The notes: generated by a model not told the origin, from the letters alone. A stretch of 64,000 nucleotides of DNA from Eukaryota sp. GEM-RC1 (GCA_040285855.1 JAUFOQ010000002.1:2170001-2234000); one strand, 5' to 3'; positions 50,585 through 62,879 are shown, counted from the first letter of the stretch. Program-made: numbers and translations.

Positions 50585-51130
50585 ATGTCCGTAGTTGAAG
50601 ACAGTCTTGTAACTATCTCTTCAGATTCTGAAGTCGAAGTTGTAGAGGAAATTTGTGATCCTAGGGTGTCTGCAGCCTTCCCTCAATACTACAATCAATC
50701 TGTTCCTTTTGGTGCACGTAGATCCAATCCATTCTTACAGGCTCGATTTCGTGCTAGACTTCATTCTTCATCAAATTCATCTTCATATCGTCACCGTGAC
50801 ACCGTGGAGGAACCTCCAACCAAAACCTCTTGTCAATGTACATATTCTTCCACCCTTAAATCTATACCTCCACCAAATGAACAAGTTCCTGAATGTTGTA
50901 TATGTCTTTCTGCTCTTGCTTCTCCTCCTCCTTTTGACGACACTACTACTACCGTCAAACCAGACAACTACGACCGTGTTGTTGCTCTCACTTGTGGACA
51001 TACCTTTCACTACCACTGTGTCGCTCGGGTTGACTCTTACAAACCTCCCAAGTCCAGAAAGTCAGTAATTGATTGTCCAAGGTGTAAGGCTCAAGTTGAA
51101 TTAAAGAACTCTCTAGTGTTATTTCTTTGA
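50585..51130 (+). CDS. RING-H2 protein with N-terminal SIM-like motif
   Basis: CCIC...CGHTFHYHC...CPRC; LVTISSDSEVEVVEE. Confidence 0.8.
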   Translation: MSVVEDSLVTISSDSEVEVVEEICDPRVSAAFPQYYNQSVPFGARRSNPFLQARFRARLHSSSNSSSYRHRDTVEEPPTKTSCQCTYSSTLKSIPPPNEQVPECCICLSALASPPPFDDTTTTVKPDNYDRVVALTCGHTFHYHCVARVDSYKPPKSRKSVIDCPRCKAQVELKNSLVLFL

Positions 51131-51355
51131 TTTTGGTCTAAGTTTCAATATCGCTATTTACGAGTTTTGTTAGTTTTATTTAAAAATTAACAAAAATCTG
51201 GTGTTTGTAACACTGATTTTTCTGGGAGTTTTTAAACTCTTTAAAATGCTTTAAAGAATTGGCAAGAGTTTGTTGTAATTATTTGAAATTCATATTGGTT
51301 AAGACAAGGCTAATCCCAAACGTTTACATTTCAATCTAAGTACGAAAATAAAAAC

Positions 51356-52567
51356 TCAAGAATTCTTAGAATCGAATATTTCATATTGATTACTCAGAAT
51401 ACCTTCCAAAACTGACTTGCTGATTGCAGTGTCGAAAAGAGGATGATGATTTAAATACTTCAAATGACTTAATAAATATTCCACATACTCCGTAAAAGTA
51501 ATATCATTAGATGATAAATTGTTTGTTTTAGTTTTAAACTGGTCTATTTCAGCAGTTTCTATTCCTTCCTGAGAGGAACCTTTCCTAAGGTCAATAACAT
51601 TATTAAAATGTAGAATTAAAGATTTCAAATCAATAGAGCTGGTTTCAAACTGACAGACCATATCAATAAACTTAACTCTAGCTTGATCTTCAAACAAAAG
51701 ACGGAATAATTGAATTTTTCCAAAATATTTACTAACAATCTCACCCAGCACCTCCAAAGCAATTCCAGCAAGTTTCTTGTAATGGTAAAAAGAAGATGTC
51801 AACCCACTTACAGTCTTTAAATGTAACAAACGATTACTCTGTGACAGTGATAGTAACTGTTGAGCTTCTTGAGAGTTCTCTTGACTATTAATGAATGATT
51901 GAAATGATGACGATTGATGATTAATAGAGGTAATCGTACCCTCACTAACTAAATCAAACAGTTTTATCGAGAGATCAAACCTTGAAACCTTTGTCGTTGC
52001 TTCTAGGTCAATTGGAGAAGGTAAACAAGTAGAATTACAAAAGTGTTGTACGAAAAGCTGATCTGCAACAAACTGGAATGAAGGTAGAGACAAGGAACGG
52101 AGAGGGAGCATGTGAGAAGAGAAACAGGAGGGAGGGTAAGGAGATATAACAGTGATGACTATAGGTATGGGAAAATCAGATAAAGAGTTTTTGAAAGAAG
52201 CGTAATCAAAAGGTCTCGTGATTGGGTGTACTACAGATATTGAGGTAAAATTGAGAGATTGCAGTACTGAAGATAGTTGTTCATCAGTAAGAAGAGAAGT
52301 ATCAGAATAATTGATTGAGTAATGTAGAGAAGATTTGATGAGAGAAGTGAAATTGAGGAGGAGATCTTCGTCGATGCTGGTAATGATTGGGAAACAATTG
52401 GTAAGAGGAGATGAATATAAATTATTGACGAGGAAAGAATAGTTTAAGGGACTCATCTGACAAGTGACTGTAAGAAGAGAGACTTCGTCAGTTGGATTGT
52501 AACACAGCTCACACTGTAAGTCAATTACTGGTTTAAGATAGACATTGGTGAAGAAGTCCGTGTTCAT
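51356..52567 (-). CDS. Hypothetical protein
   Basis: 403-aa ATG-initiated ORF, no recognised motif. Confidence 0.7.
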   Translation of the reverse strand: MNTDFFTNVYLKPVIDLQCELCYNPTDEVSLLTVTCQMSPLNYSFLVNNLYSSPLTNCFPIITSIDEDLLLNFTSLIKSSLHYSINYSDTSLLTDEQLSSVLQSLNFTSISVVHPITRPFDYASFKNSLSDFPIPIVITVISPYPPSCFSSHMLPLRSLSLPSFQFVADQLFVQHFCNSTCLPSPIDLEATTKVSRFDLSIKLFDLVSEGTITSINHQSSSFQSFINSQENSQEAQQLLSLSQSNRLLHLKTVSGLTSSFYHYKKLAGIALEVLGEIVSKYFGKIQLFRLLFEDQARVKFIDMVCQFETSSIDLKSLILHFNNVIDLRKGSSQEGIETAEIDQFKTKTNNLSSNDITFTEYVEYLLSHLKYLNHHPLFDTAISKSVLEGILSNQYEIFDSKNS

Positions 52568-52694
52568 GACAAATTGACCACTTTTACCATCTTTTTAGTC
52601 TACTTTAACCAGTAGGCAGCAGTTAGTGTTGATTTCCTAGTTGAAGTCACAGTATCCACCACCTTTTCTCTATAATTGACACTAATGTTATTCG

Positions 52695-53846
52695 ATGCTC
52701 TCAGTATCACTTGTATTACCATCTGTTAGCATTGTTGAAGTCAGTCATGTAGAATCGTTCTTGTCTCAAATTGGCTCATGCCTTGACCCTCATCCCCACC
52801 AGAAATACTCCTTCATTTTTCCTGGACATTCCAAGTATAATCTCAAGATTGATGACTTCTTTGATTTGCTTATCAGTCATTCTTCTTTTGTTGAACCTTC
52901 TGACTGTAATGTTGACGTACTTTCTGAGGAACTCCGGCATCATTCACAGGCTACCTTCTCAGATTTCATTTGGCTTCTCACAGATTCTTTCCTTGATTTT
53001 CTAGCCACCTCTCCTTCTCTACTACACATTGTTAAGTCCTTCACCATCGCTTCGCACTTCATCTACGTCGGAAACCAACGCCAATTGGACACTCTCCCTG
53101 AACTACTACAATGTCCTCCTTCATCTATATCGTCCCCATCTTCTTCCTCTTCTGTTCTCTGTTCTATTCTAGGAGATAAGATTTGGAGAGGAGATCTTGT
53201 AGACTCTAATCAGAAATGTATTGTTCAAGGACTTTCAGTTTCTTGTTCTGGTTTTAAACCTCCATCAGTATACTCTCGGGAGTTAGTCTTCTGCGGTCAT
53301 TGTGAAGTGACGGATGACGTGACTGATTGCCTATTCACTGCCAACGCATCATTCTCTTGCAATCTATCGTCCACGTCACCTTTCCTATCAAATCTCTTTA
53401 GTAAAGCAACAGAACAATCGTGTTTGTTCATGTTTCGATTCTCTTCTTTTAAAGAAGTGCCTGTACTTTATCCACCGTTAATTGTCTTTCCAAATAATCA
53501 ATGTTGCCTTTTTGTTCATTTTCCTTTTAGTTTAAGGTTCAACTTAAGCGATTTGTCTATGTGTATTTTTGAACAGGGACATTTGGTTTCTAGAGAAGTT
53601 CGACCGCCGTCAATTACTCCTAAGTTTGATTGTCCTCCATCACCAATGCGAAGGAGATCAATCAGTCCTTCCGAAAGAAGCAGGTCTTTGAGCTCGATTG
53701 GCAGAGCTCATGTTGAGTCAATGTTTCATAGAATCGATCAACGGATACGTGATCAAAACTGTGATGTGATTCGATTGCTGAAAGCTATTGACCAGGTTAA
53801 AGGTTTTACACAGTCTGAAATTGATTTGATTTTTAAAAAGTTGTAG
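52695..53846 (+). CDS. Hypothetical protein
   Basis: 383-aa ATG-initiated ORF, divergent from 52567. Confidence 0.7.
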   Translation: MLSVSLVLPSVSIVEVSHVESFLSQIGSCLDPHPHQKYSFIFPGHSKYNLKIDDFFDLLISHSSFVEPSDCNVDVLSEELRHHSQATFSDFIWLLTDSFLDFLATSPSLLHIVKSFTIASHFIYVGNQRQLDTLPELLQCPPSSISSPSSSSSVLCSILGDKIWRGDLVDSNQKCIVQGLSVSCSGFKPPSVYSRELVFCGHCEVTDDVTDCLFTANASFSCNLSSTSPFLSNLFSKATEQSCLFMFRFSSFKEVPVLYPPLIVFPNNQCCLFVHFPFSLRFNLSDLSMCIFEQGHLVSREVRPPSITPKFDCPPSPMRRRSISPSERSRSLSSIGRAHVESMFHRIDQRIRDQNCDVIRLLKAIDQVKGFTQSEIDLIFKKL

Positions 53847-54234
53847 TCTTTAGGGCACGTGATTTTAATATTTAAAATGTTTAGTTGTTGTCTGAATCAA
53901 GGATATGTCGGTGTGTTCACCCTGATTCAGTTGGTCAGCATATCATTGTTCGACCTTTTATGACTCTTATGAAGTTGACTTTTTACAGATAATCTTGTTG
54001 TCCGGTTTACTATTTGATTTCTTAGTATTTCAAATGGATTTTGATTTAAAGTCGCTAGAGATCGTCTGTTTAATTCTTACGTCATCAAAAGTTACGTCAC
54101 CATTTGTTGTATTCCGTGGTTAAAGTTCTAGTCTCTTTAATTGTAGGGATTCTGTTTTAATTGAAAGATTAAAGTGTTAGTTAATTTAAATCTTCTCTAT
54201 TAATTAATGTGTACATTTTTGTACCTCAGATATA

Positions 54235-55678
54235 CTTTAGTTAGTGTCTGATAGTTATTAACTTCTGCAGATGCATTTATTTCACTGATTGATCATAAAC
54301 TAGAGCTGGGCACAGACTGACTAGACTAGACTAAGACTACAACAACTGACTACCGACTAGACTACAGACTACACCAATAGACTATAGACTAGACTAAGAC
54401 GAGAGAAATACACTAAATAGTAGACTAAATAGTTTTGTCCGAACATGAATTTATAACAAGAAATTCTACTGAAATACTAGAAGTCGAATACATCGAAGCC
54501 ACCATCAGCCCAAGATTTTAAACAAACAAGCGCTCTCAGCGTTTCAGCTTCCATGGAAGCTCTTCGTAGAGCAATTGTCTGACCTGCAAGAGAAAACAGT
54601 CGTTCACATGCCACAGATGTTCCTTGGCAACTAAGAAAATCCCTTGCAAGTCTTGCAAGTGTAGGAAATGTTGATTCATTGCTCTTCCACCACAGCAAAA
54701 CGTCAGTTTTCCAACAGACATTGGGGTAACTCATATAGGTTTCCAACTCTGCGCTTTGGTTAGGCCTTTCCGACTGTTCCTGTGTTTCAAGAAATCCTTC
54801 ACTATTGGATGATACAACAACAACATCAGATTCAGCTTTGTAATAAGTATCAATAACAAGGTCCAGCATTTCTTTGAATTCCCGCGGAGTATCAAATCGA
54901 TGTAGGTTGGCTAACCTACATCTTGGATCTAAAACTGCACAGTCATATGCAGAAAAGTCATAAACATCACCTAGGTACTTAAGCAATACAGTTTCAATTT
55001 TGCTACAAGCATTGGATAACCACTGATACATGTTGTGGGCATCGTCTGAATCCTGAAGAAATGAAGCAGGATCTTCATACTTGGAACAAAGTAGATCATA
55101 TAGTTTCACGCAGAACCCAGTAGAAGAATACAAAGAACTGCTTAACTGAAGAGTAACCTCATACAATGGTTGTAACACACGTCTAACAAAAATTAGCTCT
55201 GTTTTTTCTACTTCTGAAACTATGAGGTTGATTTTGTTTCGTAGGATGAGAACTTTTTGAATTTGCTCAAACAATTTGAGGTATGAGCGGATCATTAAAA
55301 ACGTTGAGTTCCATCTGGTAGTCACGTCTTTTGGCACAATGAGGAAAGACACTTCATCTTCACCACACAGTTCTTCCAGGTCTTGAGTCAATGATGATGA
55401 GCTATGAAGTAACGTCGCAAAGTCAGAAACTTTCTTTATCACTGGTTTGATTTCTTGAAGGCCCGCTTTTGATGACATAAACCTCAGATATTGATTAATC
55501 TTAACAATATGTTTAAAAGCCATAAAATTTGTCTTAAAATGACCATTTGACATTGATTTTTGGATAGAATGTTTTTCATCTGTTAACATTAATCAAGGTT
55601 TTTGAAAAGCGGGGATTATAATCAATCAGTGGAATAATTGCCTTTGCAAAAATATCAACTAACAGACATTAACTAAAG
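54235..55678. mobile_element. Element with about 65-bp imperfect TIRs enclosing a hAT fragment
   Basis: CTTTAGTTAGTGTCTGATAGTT...TTCACTGATTGATCATAA is mirrored at about 55612-55678; TA flanks; part of the TIR recurs at about 44149-44191. Confidence 0.65.
54301..55490 (-). mobile_element. hAT transposon 3' half with transposase C-terminal ORF (54477-55589)
   Basis: DVTTRWNST, VLDPR, WWK..FPTLARLARDFL..SVACERLFS motifs; one TIR TAGAGCTGGGCA at 54301 with GACTA subterminal repeats; N-terminus missing. Confidence 0.92.
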
Positions 55679-55843
55679 TATCTAAACTATGATCCTTCTG
55701 TCCTTCACCAAACAACTTACCTAAAGCCGAATTAAAATACCTATGGCAAGATATACTTGGAGGACACTTTTGCGTCATGATTCAACACGTGTAAATCGTG
55801 TTTCTCAAACTTTTAGTTGAATCTTTCCTTCTTCCATCGTATC

Positions 55844-57514
55844 ATGGGCCGATCAGTTTTTGCCTCTTCTCTCGGCCTCATTTCCACTGTGGTTGGTGTC
55901 GGAGTACTCACCCTCCCTTATAGTGTTGCTCGTTTTGGATTCGTCCTTGGATTCTTCTTCATTTTCGGCACCCAATTTCTAACAGGTTTTACTCTTTATT
56001 GCATGGTTTGGACATCCGATCGTACTGGCAAATACTCTTTCAAGACCATCACAGAATCAGTGTTTTCCCGTAAACACGCTCTTGTACTAGCATCCCTCAT
56101 CCCCTGCTACTGTGTCCTTCTTCTTACTGGTTACACTGTTCTAATCGGAGACATTGGATCAACAATTCTATCGGAAGTTACTGGGTTTGAAGTTGGGTCA
56201 GTCTGGTTCACTGACAGAAACATAGTCTCCCTCATTCTCTGCTATCTAGTCGTCTTTCCTTTATCCTCCTTACCTTCTCTCTATGCCCTTCGTCACTTCT
56301 CCTTTTTGACTCTTCTTTCAGTTGTATATCTGTCAGTACTTCTTCTAACAACTGCAATCTCCAAGCTCTTCAAAGCTCCACTGTTCCCAGTCCCTGATGA
56401 CGTCATCTACCTTCCTTTTACGTTCTCAAAAGAATCATTTACGGCATTTTCTAATATTTCACTAGCTTTCGCTTGTTCTCTTACGATTCCCACCACCTTC
56501 CGTGAACTTGCACCACGCACTGTTAAACTCATGCAACGTGTCATCAACATCACCTTTACCATTGTTGGTTGTTGCTACGTAATCCTTTGTACTTCTGCCT
56601 ACTTCCTTTACGGTGACGGTACTAATCCAAACATTTTACTTTCTCTCGACAAGGATTCTTCCTTTGTGGCTCTTGCTAATGGTTTGTTCTTAGCGGTAGT
56701 TTTGATTGTTTATCCTGTTGTTTATACTGGAACTCGTGAGGCAATCACTGATCTCTACGCCGACTTTAAAGGATTGTCACCTGTCCATCAAAGTTCGTTG
56801 AAAATGGAAGGTATTCACGTGATTGATGTCACTGATGTGACCTATGTTGATGATAACAGTACGATTGAAGAGTTCAGATTTCAATCAGATACTGCAAGTG
56901 ATTCTAACATGATTGGTCGTCGTTCTTCTACTGTGGAAAGTCAATCAAATTTGACCGAGAGTGATGACGAGTCAAAGACCAAAAATATCAGCAGATCTTC
57001 CTCTTTAGCTTCCCTAGTTTCAATAGCTTCTCGTAAACTATCCCAAATATCTCGAAGACCGTCGGTTATTGATTCTCACGAAGTCGCCTTGAGTCTTCTT
57101 GAATCGGATCATAATCTGGATGATGATTTTGAGCTTCCATCAATTCCTGCACCTAGAAACACCTTAGAAGCTATCACAGAAGCTGAAATCCAAGGCGCTG
57201 ACCACGATGAATCGGATGAAGTCGAACCTGAAGATCCATTAGAGTTCTCTCTATCTCCTCTTCAACGCAGAATTCTTGCTTTTACTGTTGTCACCATCAC
57301 CTATATTGGTTCTAGGTATTCCACTAATGTAGCAGCTGTTTTTGGGCTGTCATCTGCTTCAATTGGAATGATTTTAGTTTTCTTCTTTCCTTGTTCTGTT
57401 TATTGGAAGAGTTGCTCTCCAGGTTTATTTCACAAGTTTCTTTGTTGTTGTTGTTTTGTTTTAGGCGGAATTTTATCTGTGTTAGGTACTTGGTCATCCA
57501 TTAGTAGTCTTTAG
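55844..57514 (+). CDS. Amino acid transporter (AAAP/SLC38-like)
   Basis: STVVGVGVLTLPY, about 11 TMs, long acidic Ser-rich loop before the last TMs. Confidence 0.88.
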   Translation: MGRSVFASSLGLISTVVGVGVLTLPYSVARFGFVLGFFFIFGTQFLTGFTLYCMVWTSDRTGKYSFKTITESVFSRKHALVLASLIPCYCVLLLTGYTVLIGDIGSTILSEVTGFEVGSVWFTDRNIVSLILCYLVVFPLSSLPSLYALRHFSFLTLLSVVYLSVLLLTTAISKLFKAPLFPVPDDVIYLPFTFSKESFTAFSNISLAFACSLTIPTTFRELAPRTVKLMQRVINITFTIVGCCYVILCTSAYFLYGDGTNPNILLSLDKDSSFVALANGLFLAVVLIVYPVVYTGTREAITDLYADFKGLSPVHQSSLKMEGIHVIDVTDVTYVDDNSTIEEFRFQSDTASDSNMIGRRSSTVESQSNLTESDDESKTKNISRSSSLASLVSIASRKLSQISRRPSVIDSHEVALSLLESDHNLDDDFELPSIPAPRNTLEAITEAEIQGADHDESDEVEPEDPLEFSLSPLQRRILAFTVVTITYIGSRYSTNVAAVFGLSSASIGMILVFFFPCSVYWKSCSPGLFHKFLCCCCFVLGGILSVLGTWSSISSL

Positions 57515-57712
57515 TTTATTATTTTAGTATTTTTTAGTGCATTAGTGTGGGTTTTTTGACAATATACACGGTGATTTTGAATCCATTATATTCGGGGAAA
57601 AAGGAAAAATAAAAATATACATAAAGAGAATAGATACTATACAATAAAACAATTAGGGCCAACATAATGTTGAACTAAACTTTGGACAAAAATTTCAAAT
57701 TTTTCCCAGTTG

Positions 57713-60556
57713 TTATCGTTGATTTGTTTGACTTTTCGCCAACATTAGATCACCTCTGGCTCCTAGCTTAGAGTTTTCTTGCCGTAATAATAAAAGTTCA
57801 GAAGCCAAACCATATAGACAGTCTAAGATGAGAGTCAGCTTATCGTCATCATTCATTGACTCCAGTTGACCACTTGTTTTGAAGGCAAGATTCTGCCGCC
57901 ATTTTTGAACAGACGTTGGAGAAAATTCAGACAATGTCGGTCGATTTTGTGACAAAAATTCAAATAGTTCCTTAATTTTGTCCTCCGAGACATCTAAACA
58001 CCGCTCAATTTGTTCTATAGAAGACAAATCTTTTTTGAACAAATTATCTGACATTAAGTCATTATAACAGCACTGCAGACTTGATTTCGATATCTTCCCC
58101 GCCACTTTTGATATAAAAACAACATGCCGAAGTAACAAAAACAGCCGAGAGTTCTGTCTCTTTGCTTCAAGTGACCCCAGACCTCTAGCTGAGACTGGAG
58201 CTAGATTAAGTTCAGAGAAGGTCCGACTGAAATTTGAAGGGATAATTAAAGGGGAAGCACTTGAGAACTTCGTCATTGGTGAGCTGAATGAAGGTGATAA
58301 GGGAGTGATTGTGTTTAAATTAGGCAGGTTAAAGTTGTCACTCAGATTTGATTGACGAGTAATTGATTGAGAGTTGATCTCTTCTAGAGCTTCTTCTTTT
58401 CAGCAGTCAGTACACATAGTTCTGTTTGAAGATGGGTAACTTCTTGTTCTAATATTTTAATTTTTGAGAGCATGTGGTCGGTGTTAGGATCACAATCACA
58501 ATCATGATCAATCATTTTATGATTTTCAATCAAATGAAGATTAGGGTCAGGTGCGGGTGAACTGATATGCAACAGGCTCCGCAGCCTCACAATTTCCCAT
58601 TTAAGAAGGTCCACGTCATCACAATTCCACAGGTCAAAAAGCTCATCCTTGATTGAAAAATCTGTGGAATTCCGAGCTGCTGACATCATTCCAAACGGTG
58701 TTTTTGAATTTTGAGCTATTGTCCACGTGTTACCACACACAAACTCATCAGTAACTTCATCAGTCTCAATATATCTGACCTCTTCATCAATCAAAGAATC
58801 ATCATCACGTGACACTGAAGAATTCCCAGCTCCCTGGAACAAATTACGCATCACTGTCAGACTACCTCTTCTTCGTTCTCCAAAAGCATCAACATTTTTT
58901 AAATTTTTTAAATGTTGACACTCCTTAACCATCAACGCTCGAAGCTGTTTCCCAGCCAAACTCAACGCCGTCCTTCCCCTAGCATCCTTCTTCAACACAT
59001 CTCCACCATACTTAACCAAAAGCAACACAGCCTCCGTAAACTCCTTAGAAACAAGAACATGGAGGGGGGAAGGTGGAAGAGTAGTCAGCAATGTTAGGAT
59101 CAGCGCCATTCTCTAACAATAACTCTATTGAATCGTAACATGATTTTAAAGAGGCTAATAGTAGGGGTGTCATTCCCTTGTTATTCTGAGTGTTAACTAA
59201 ATCCTCAACAAAAGGTAATAAGAGCTCAATCATAGCACGTGATTTTGAGCTGGCAACGTGGAGACACGTGTCACCGTTATTGTTAGTAACAGAAGTATCA
59301 GACGTGTTTGATAGTAATAGTGATGTACACCTCAAACACCCAAAACTGATAGCGTACAACAAGGGAGTGTTACCAGAGTAATCCATCACGTTCACAGAGC
59401 AATCATAATTGATTAAACAGTTAACAATGTCAATTAAACCTTTCTGAGCAGCTAAATGCAACACCACTCGACCATCTGCATCAGTAACATCAGACGGAAA
59501 CCCAAAAGAAAGCAATGATGAAACCACCCCAACTGAAGGATCGTGGGATAAAGAGACTGCGACGTGGAGAGCAGTACCCTGACCACAGTCTTTTCCAAGA
59601 ACGTAGGGAGGGGAAGAAGAGAAGGAGAGGAGTCGTTGGATGACTCTAATGTCGGAGTTGATTACAGCTACGTGAAGTGGAAGTAGACCATCGCAACTAG
59701 AAGAGAGCATTTGGTCTATAAGAGATTTGTTACAACTAGATATCAGAGCATCAACAGCGTCGAAGTTACCAAAGATGAGAGTAAGAAGAAGTAGAGGAGT
59801 CTGACCAGATGAGTTGCAAAGAGGGAATGCAGATGGTTTAGTTAGAGCAGATGAAAGAAGCTTAATGATTTGAGGAGATGATGATGATGAACAAGCCAAG
59901 TGAAGCGGGGTGTTGCCTGCGTCATCAACTGAGTCAACATTAGAAGTGTGGTTTAAAAGAAGAGAAACTATGGAAGGTTCAGATCCAAGAGCAGAGAAAT
60001 GTAGAGGTGATCTACCATTACCATCAGTTTTAAGAGCCAGTCGTTTAGATAGAAGGAATTCTGTACAACAAAGTGAAGTAGAAGCTGCAAAGTGAAGCGG
60101 TGTTTGACCATCGATTGCAGTGATATTTAGAGATGAAGTTGAAGTGAAGGATGAGAGGAATGCCAGTAGCTGCGATGAGGTTTTCATAGCAGCAATGTGG
60201 AGTGGGGTTAAGCCATCATGATCTGTAAGCGTGACAAGTTTGCCGGCAACACTGGATGATAGGGAAGACAATAATTGACGGCAATGTAGCATTGTTTGAA
60301 CATCATCAGCGTGTGATAGTAGCAGCAGTAATGGAGATTGTCCAAGTTTATTAACTAATGGGGAGGAACTGGAACCAGTATAATGAGAAGCAAGAGTAGA
60401 TATTATCTCAGGAGAAGCAGGAATCGAACAAGCCAAATGAAGAGGTGTATTATCTAGTGAGTCTCTAGAGAGAACAGAAGCTCCTTTTGACACGATTTCA
60501 GTGATAAGTTGGAGGTCATTGCATTCTACAGCCTCAAATAGGGATGTTGTAGACAT
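57713..60556 (-). CDS. Ankyrin repeat protein with coiled-coil C-terminus (2 frameshifts)
   Basis: Repeated G-T-P-L-H-x-A motifs; three ORFs join by 1-nt shifts at 59064-59069 and 58397-58400. Confidence 0.85.
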
Positions 60557-60657
60557 CAACTAATACCTTAAAAATATTTAGGTGACTTGACTCAACTGGG
60601 AAAAACAATAAAATTGGTAACCTTCAGAAGGCACCTTCAAGGTTCCGCACTTCTGTT

Positions 60658-61767
60658 ATGACTCAAAACAAACCCGTGCAGTACAATGACTCCATACCTC
60701 CTTTCTTTGAAAACTCTCCTGTACATTCTCTAGAACCACTTCCTGAAAACTCTGAGCCTGAATATATTGTTGAGAACTCCCTGCGTTGGGTTAGGCCCTA
60801 TTACTTCACATATACTGCCTTTGCCAAACAACGTTGGCTAAATAAGAAACTCATAGATGTTATGATTGAGAACTTCCACCATCCCGAACCTGAAACCTAC
60901 TGGACACATCGTATTGTACATGGATTTGTAACAATCAATGATTCCTCAAAGGAACCCGACTACGTTGTCTCTGACAGAAAGAAAGGTGGAGCTGATGTGC
61001 TAAAACACAGAGTCATCCGATACGAGGAACCAGTAACAGCAGACCTACCAGTTATACTTGGTGAAACTGAAGACTTTCTTGCCATAAACAAACCATGTAC
61101 AATTCCATGTCACAAAGGTGGAAGGTTCAACTACAATGCATTAGACTCCATTGTTCCTCGTTTTCTCTCTCTCCCTGATCTTAAACTAGTTCATAGATTA
61201 GACCGCGTCACTTCGGGTGTTTTAATCTATGGGAAAACTAAAGATGCTGCGAATCTCTTCAGAACCTGGTTGATAAACAACTCTCTAACTAAGTGTTATA
61301 TAGCCAAGGTTGACGGGGAATTCACTGAAATTCAGAAGAGATGTGGAGCTTTCATTAGTGCTCCTGGCCCTTCCCCTTTCTTTCAAAGAAGAGGGTTGGA
61401 GGAAGAGGAGGAAGGATCGCAGAGTGCAGAAACTGTGTTCTTTTCATTGTGGAGTAGTTCAACTTCTTCAATTGTTGCAGCTTTTCCTATTACTGGCAGG
61501 TGTCATCAGATCAGAGTGCATTTAGCTCATTTGGGATTTCCTATTTCTAATGATTTGCTTTATAATGAGGAGTTAAAGCTGAGGAGTGAGTTTTCAGCTG
61601 ATGATAATCGGTTTAATAAGATTCATTTACATGCAGTTAGATACAAGGGACCGAAGTTTGATTTTAGAAGTGAGTTACCTAGTTGGGTGAGGACGGATGA
61701 AGGAGTGGACATTAGTGAGGTTGTGGAAAGAAACTTGGAGGATGCTTGGAAGACGATGGTTAAATAA
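60658..61767 (+). CDS. RluA-family pseudouridine synthase (RPUSD2/Rib2-like)
   Basis: LRWVRPYYF, INKP, HRLDRVTSG (catalytic Asp), TGRCHQIRVHL. Confidence 0.93.
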   Translation: MTQNKPVQYNDSIPPFFENSPVHSLEPLPENSEPEYIVENSLRWVRPYYFTYTAFAKQRWLNKKLIDVMIENFHHPEPETYWTHRIVHGFVTINDSSKEPDYVVSDRKKGGADVLKHRVIRYEEPVTADLPVILGETEDFLAINKPCTIPCHKGGRFNYNALDSIVPRFLSLPDLKLVHRLDRVTSGVLIYGKTKDAANLFRTWLINNSLTKCYIAKVDGEFTEIQKRCGAFISAPGPSPFFQRRGLEEEEEGSQSAETVFFSLWSSSTSSIVAAFPITGRCHQIRVHLAHLGFPISNDLLYNEELKLRSEFSADDNRFNKIHLHAVRYKGPKFDFRSELPSWVRTDEGVDISEVVERNLEDAWKTMVK

Positions 61768-61969
61768 AACAGAGTCTTTTGAATGTTTTAGGATTATTGT
61801 TAGATTACACTTTTGTCTTTGAGAAAGGCCTCTGTATTTGAAATATTGAAACACTGGCAGATTTGAGATGTTTAAAAGCTATGGAATTAACCAAATATGG
61901 CGGGGTTAATAAGCTTCCCCGACTCTGTATGCTGTTTGCCACTTAGATGGGAAATACAGAATACATGTA

Positions 61970-62849
61970 CAGTAAACTCTCTCTAGTTGAAACGACTTGG
62001 TGAATGGAGTTTCGTTTCAATTACAGAGAGTTTTCAATTACAGAGAGTTCCTATAAATCTACCCTAAACTAAATACAACCTCCACACTTATTCCAGAACA
62101 TCAAATATGTTATTAAGTAGTCTACAAGAGCAAATTAACAAGTCTGATCCACAAAACAACTACCATGAATGCTCGGACTTAAACAAATGTTATTAGCTTG
62201 ACTCAAATTAATCATCCCGCTTTTTAAAAAAGATTTTTACATAATATCGACAGTACTCATTATACAATGGTACATACACAGTGTTTCGTTCATATTTCGT
62301 AAGGGTGACAAAAAAAATGTTGCTCCCTCATTTTTTCCCGCACTACTGGAAGATCTATCATCACTTGATTTAGAGCAGTGAAGTCATTATACTAATGCAC
62401 TAGTATTTGAACACAATAGGAGAAAATTCTCTAAAAATGATTCAGTTCTTTTTTTTGAGGAAAGGTTCTGCAGTTACAGTTTCTGTATTTTGATCATCTT
62501 CAAAATATTGACGAGCATGCTTTTGTATTTGACTTTTGGTTGATGTTCAGTACTTTGTATGATATATTGAAGTTGATGATGGAAAAAACCAGAAGAGTAC
62601 TGTAGGATTTATGAAAAACAACAACGTCTTCCTCTGTTTCTACACTAACATCAATATATGGCAGCTAGCTATAGATGCGACACCCAGAATACAGCATAAA
62701 GTTGACTTCAATGTTTCAATTAGGTCTCAAAAACTGTTTCAATTGTTTCCAATTTTCAATTTGGTATTGTTTTACTCAATGGCATGGGTTTTTGTTGCAA
62801 TTTCAGAGAGTTTTCAATTACAGGGGTTGCAATTAGAGAGAGTTTACTG
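61970..62849. mobile_element. pogo/Tigger-like MITE
   Basis: TIR CAGTAAACTCTCTCTA(G/A)TTG; TA flanks; subterminal TTCAATTACAGAGAG repeats. Confidence 0.88.
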
Positions 62850-62879
62850 TATTATGTGTATTTTGTATTAATACAAGGA

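Noticed and set aside
52695..53846. Faint resemblance to a Treslin/vWA-Ku-like N-terminus
   Set aside because: No motif strong enough without a profile search
55713..55790. ACTTACCT resembling the U1 snRNA 5' end
   Set aside because: No U1 stem-loops or Sm site recognisable
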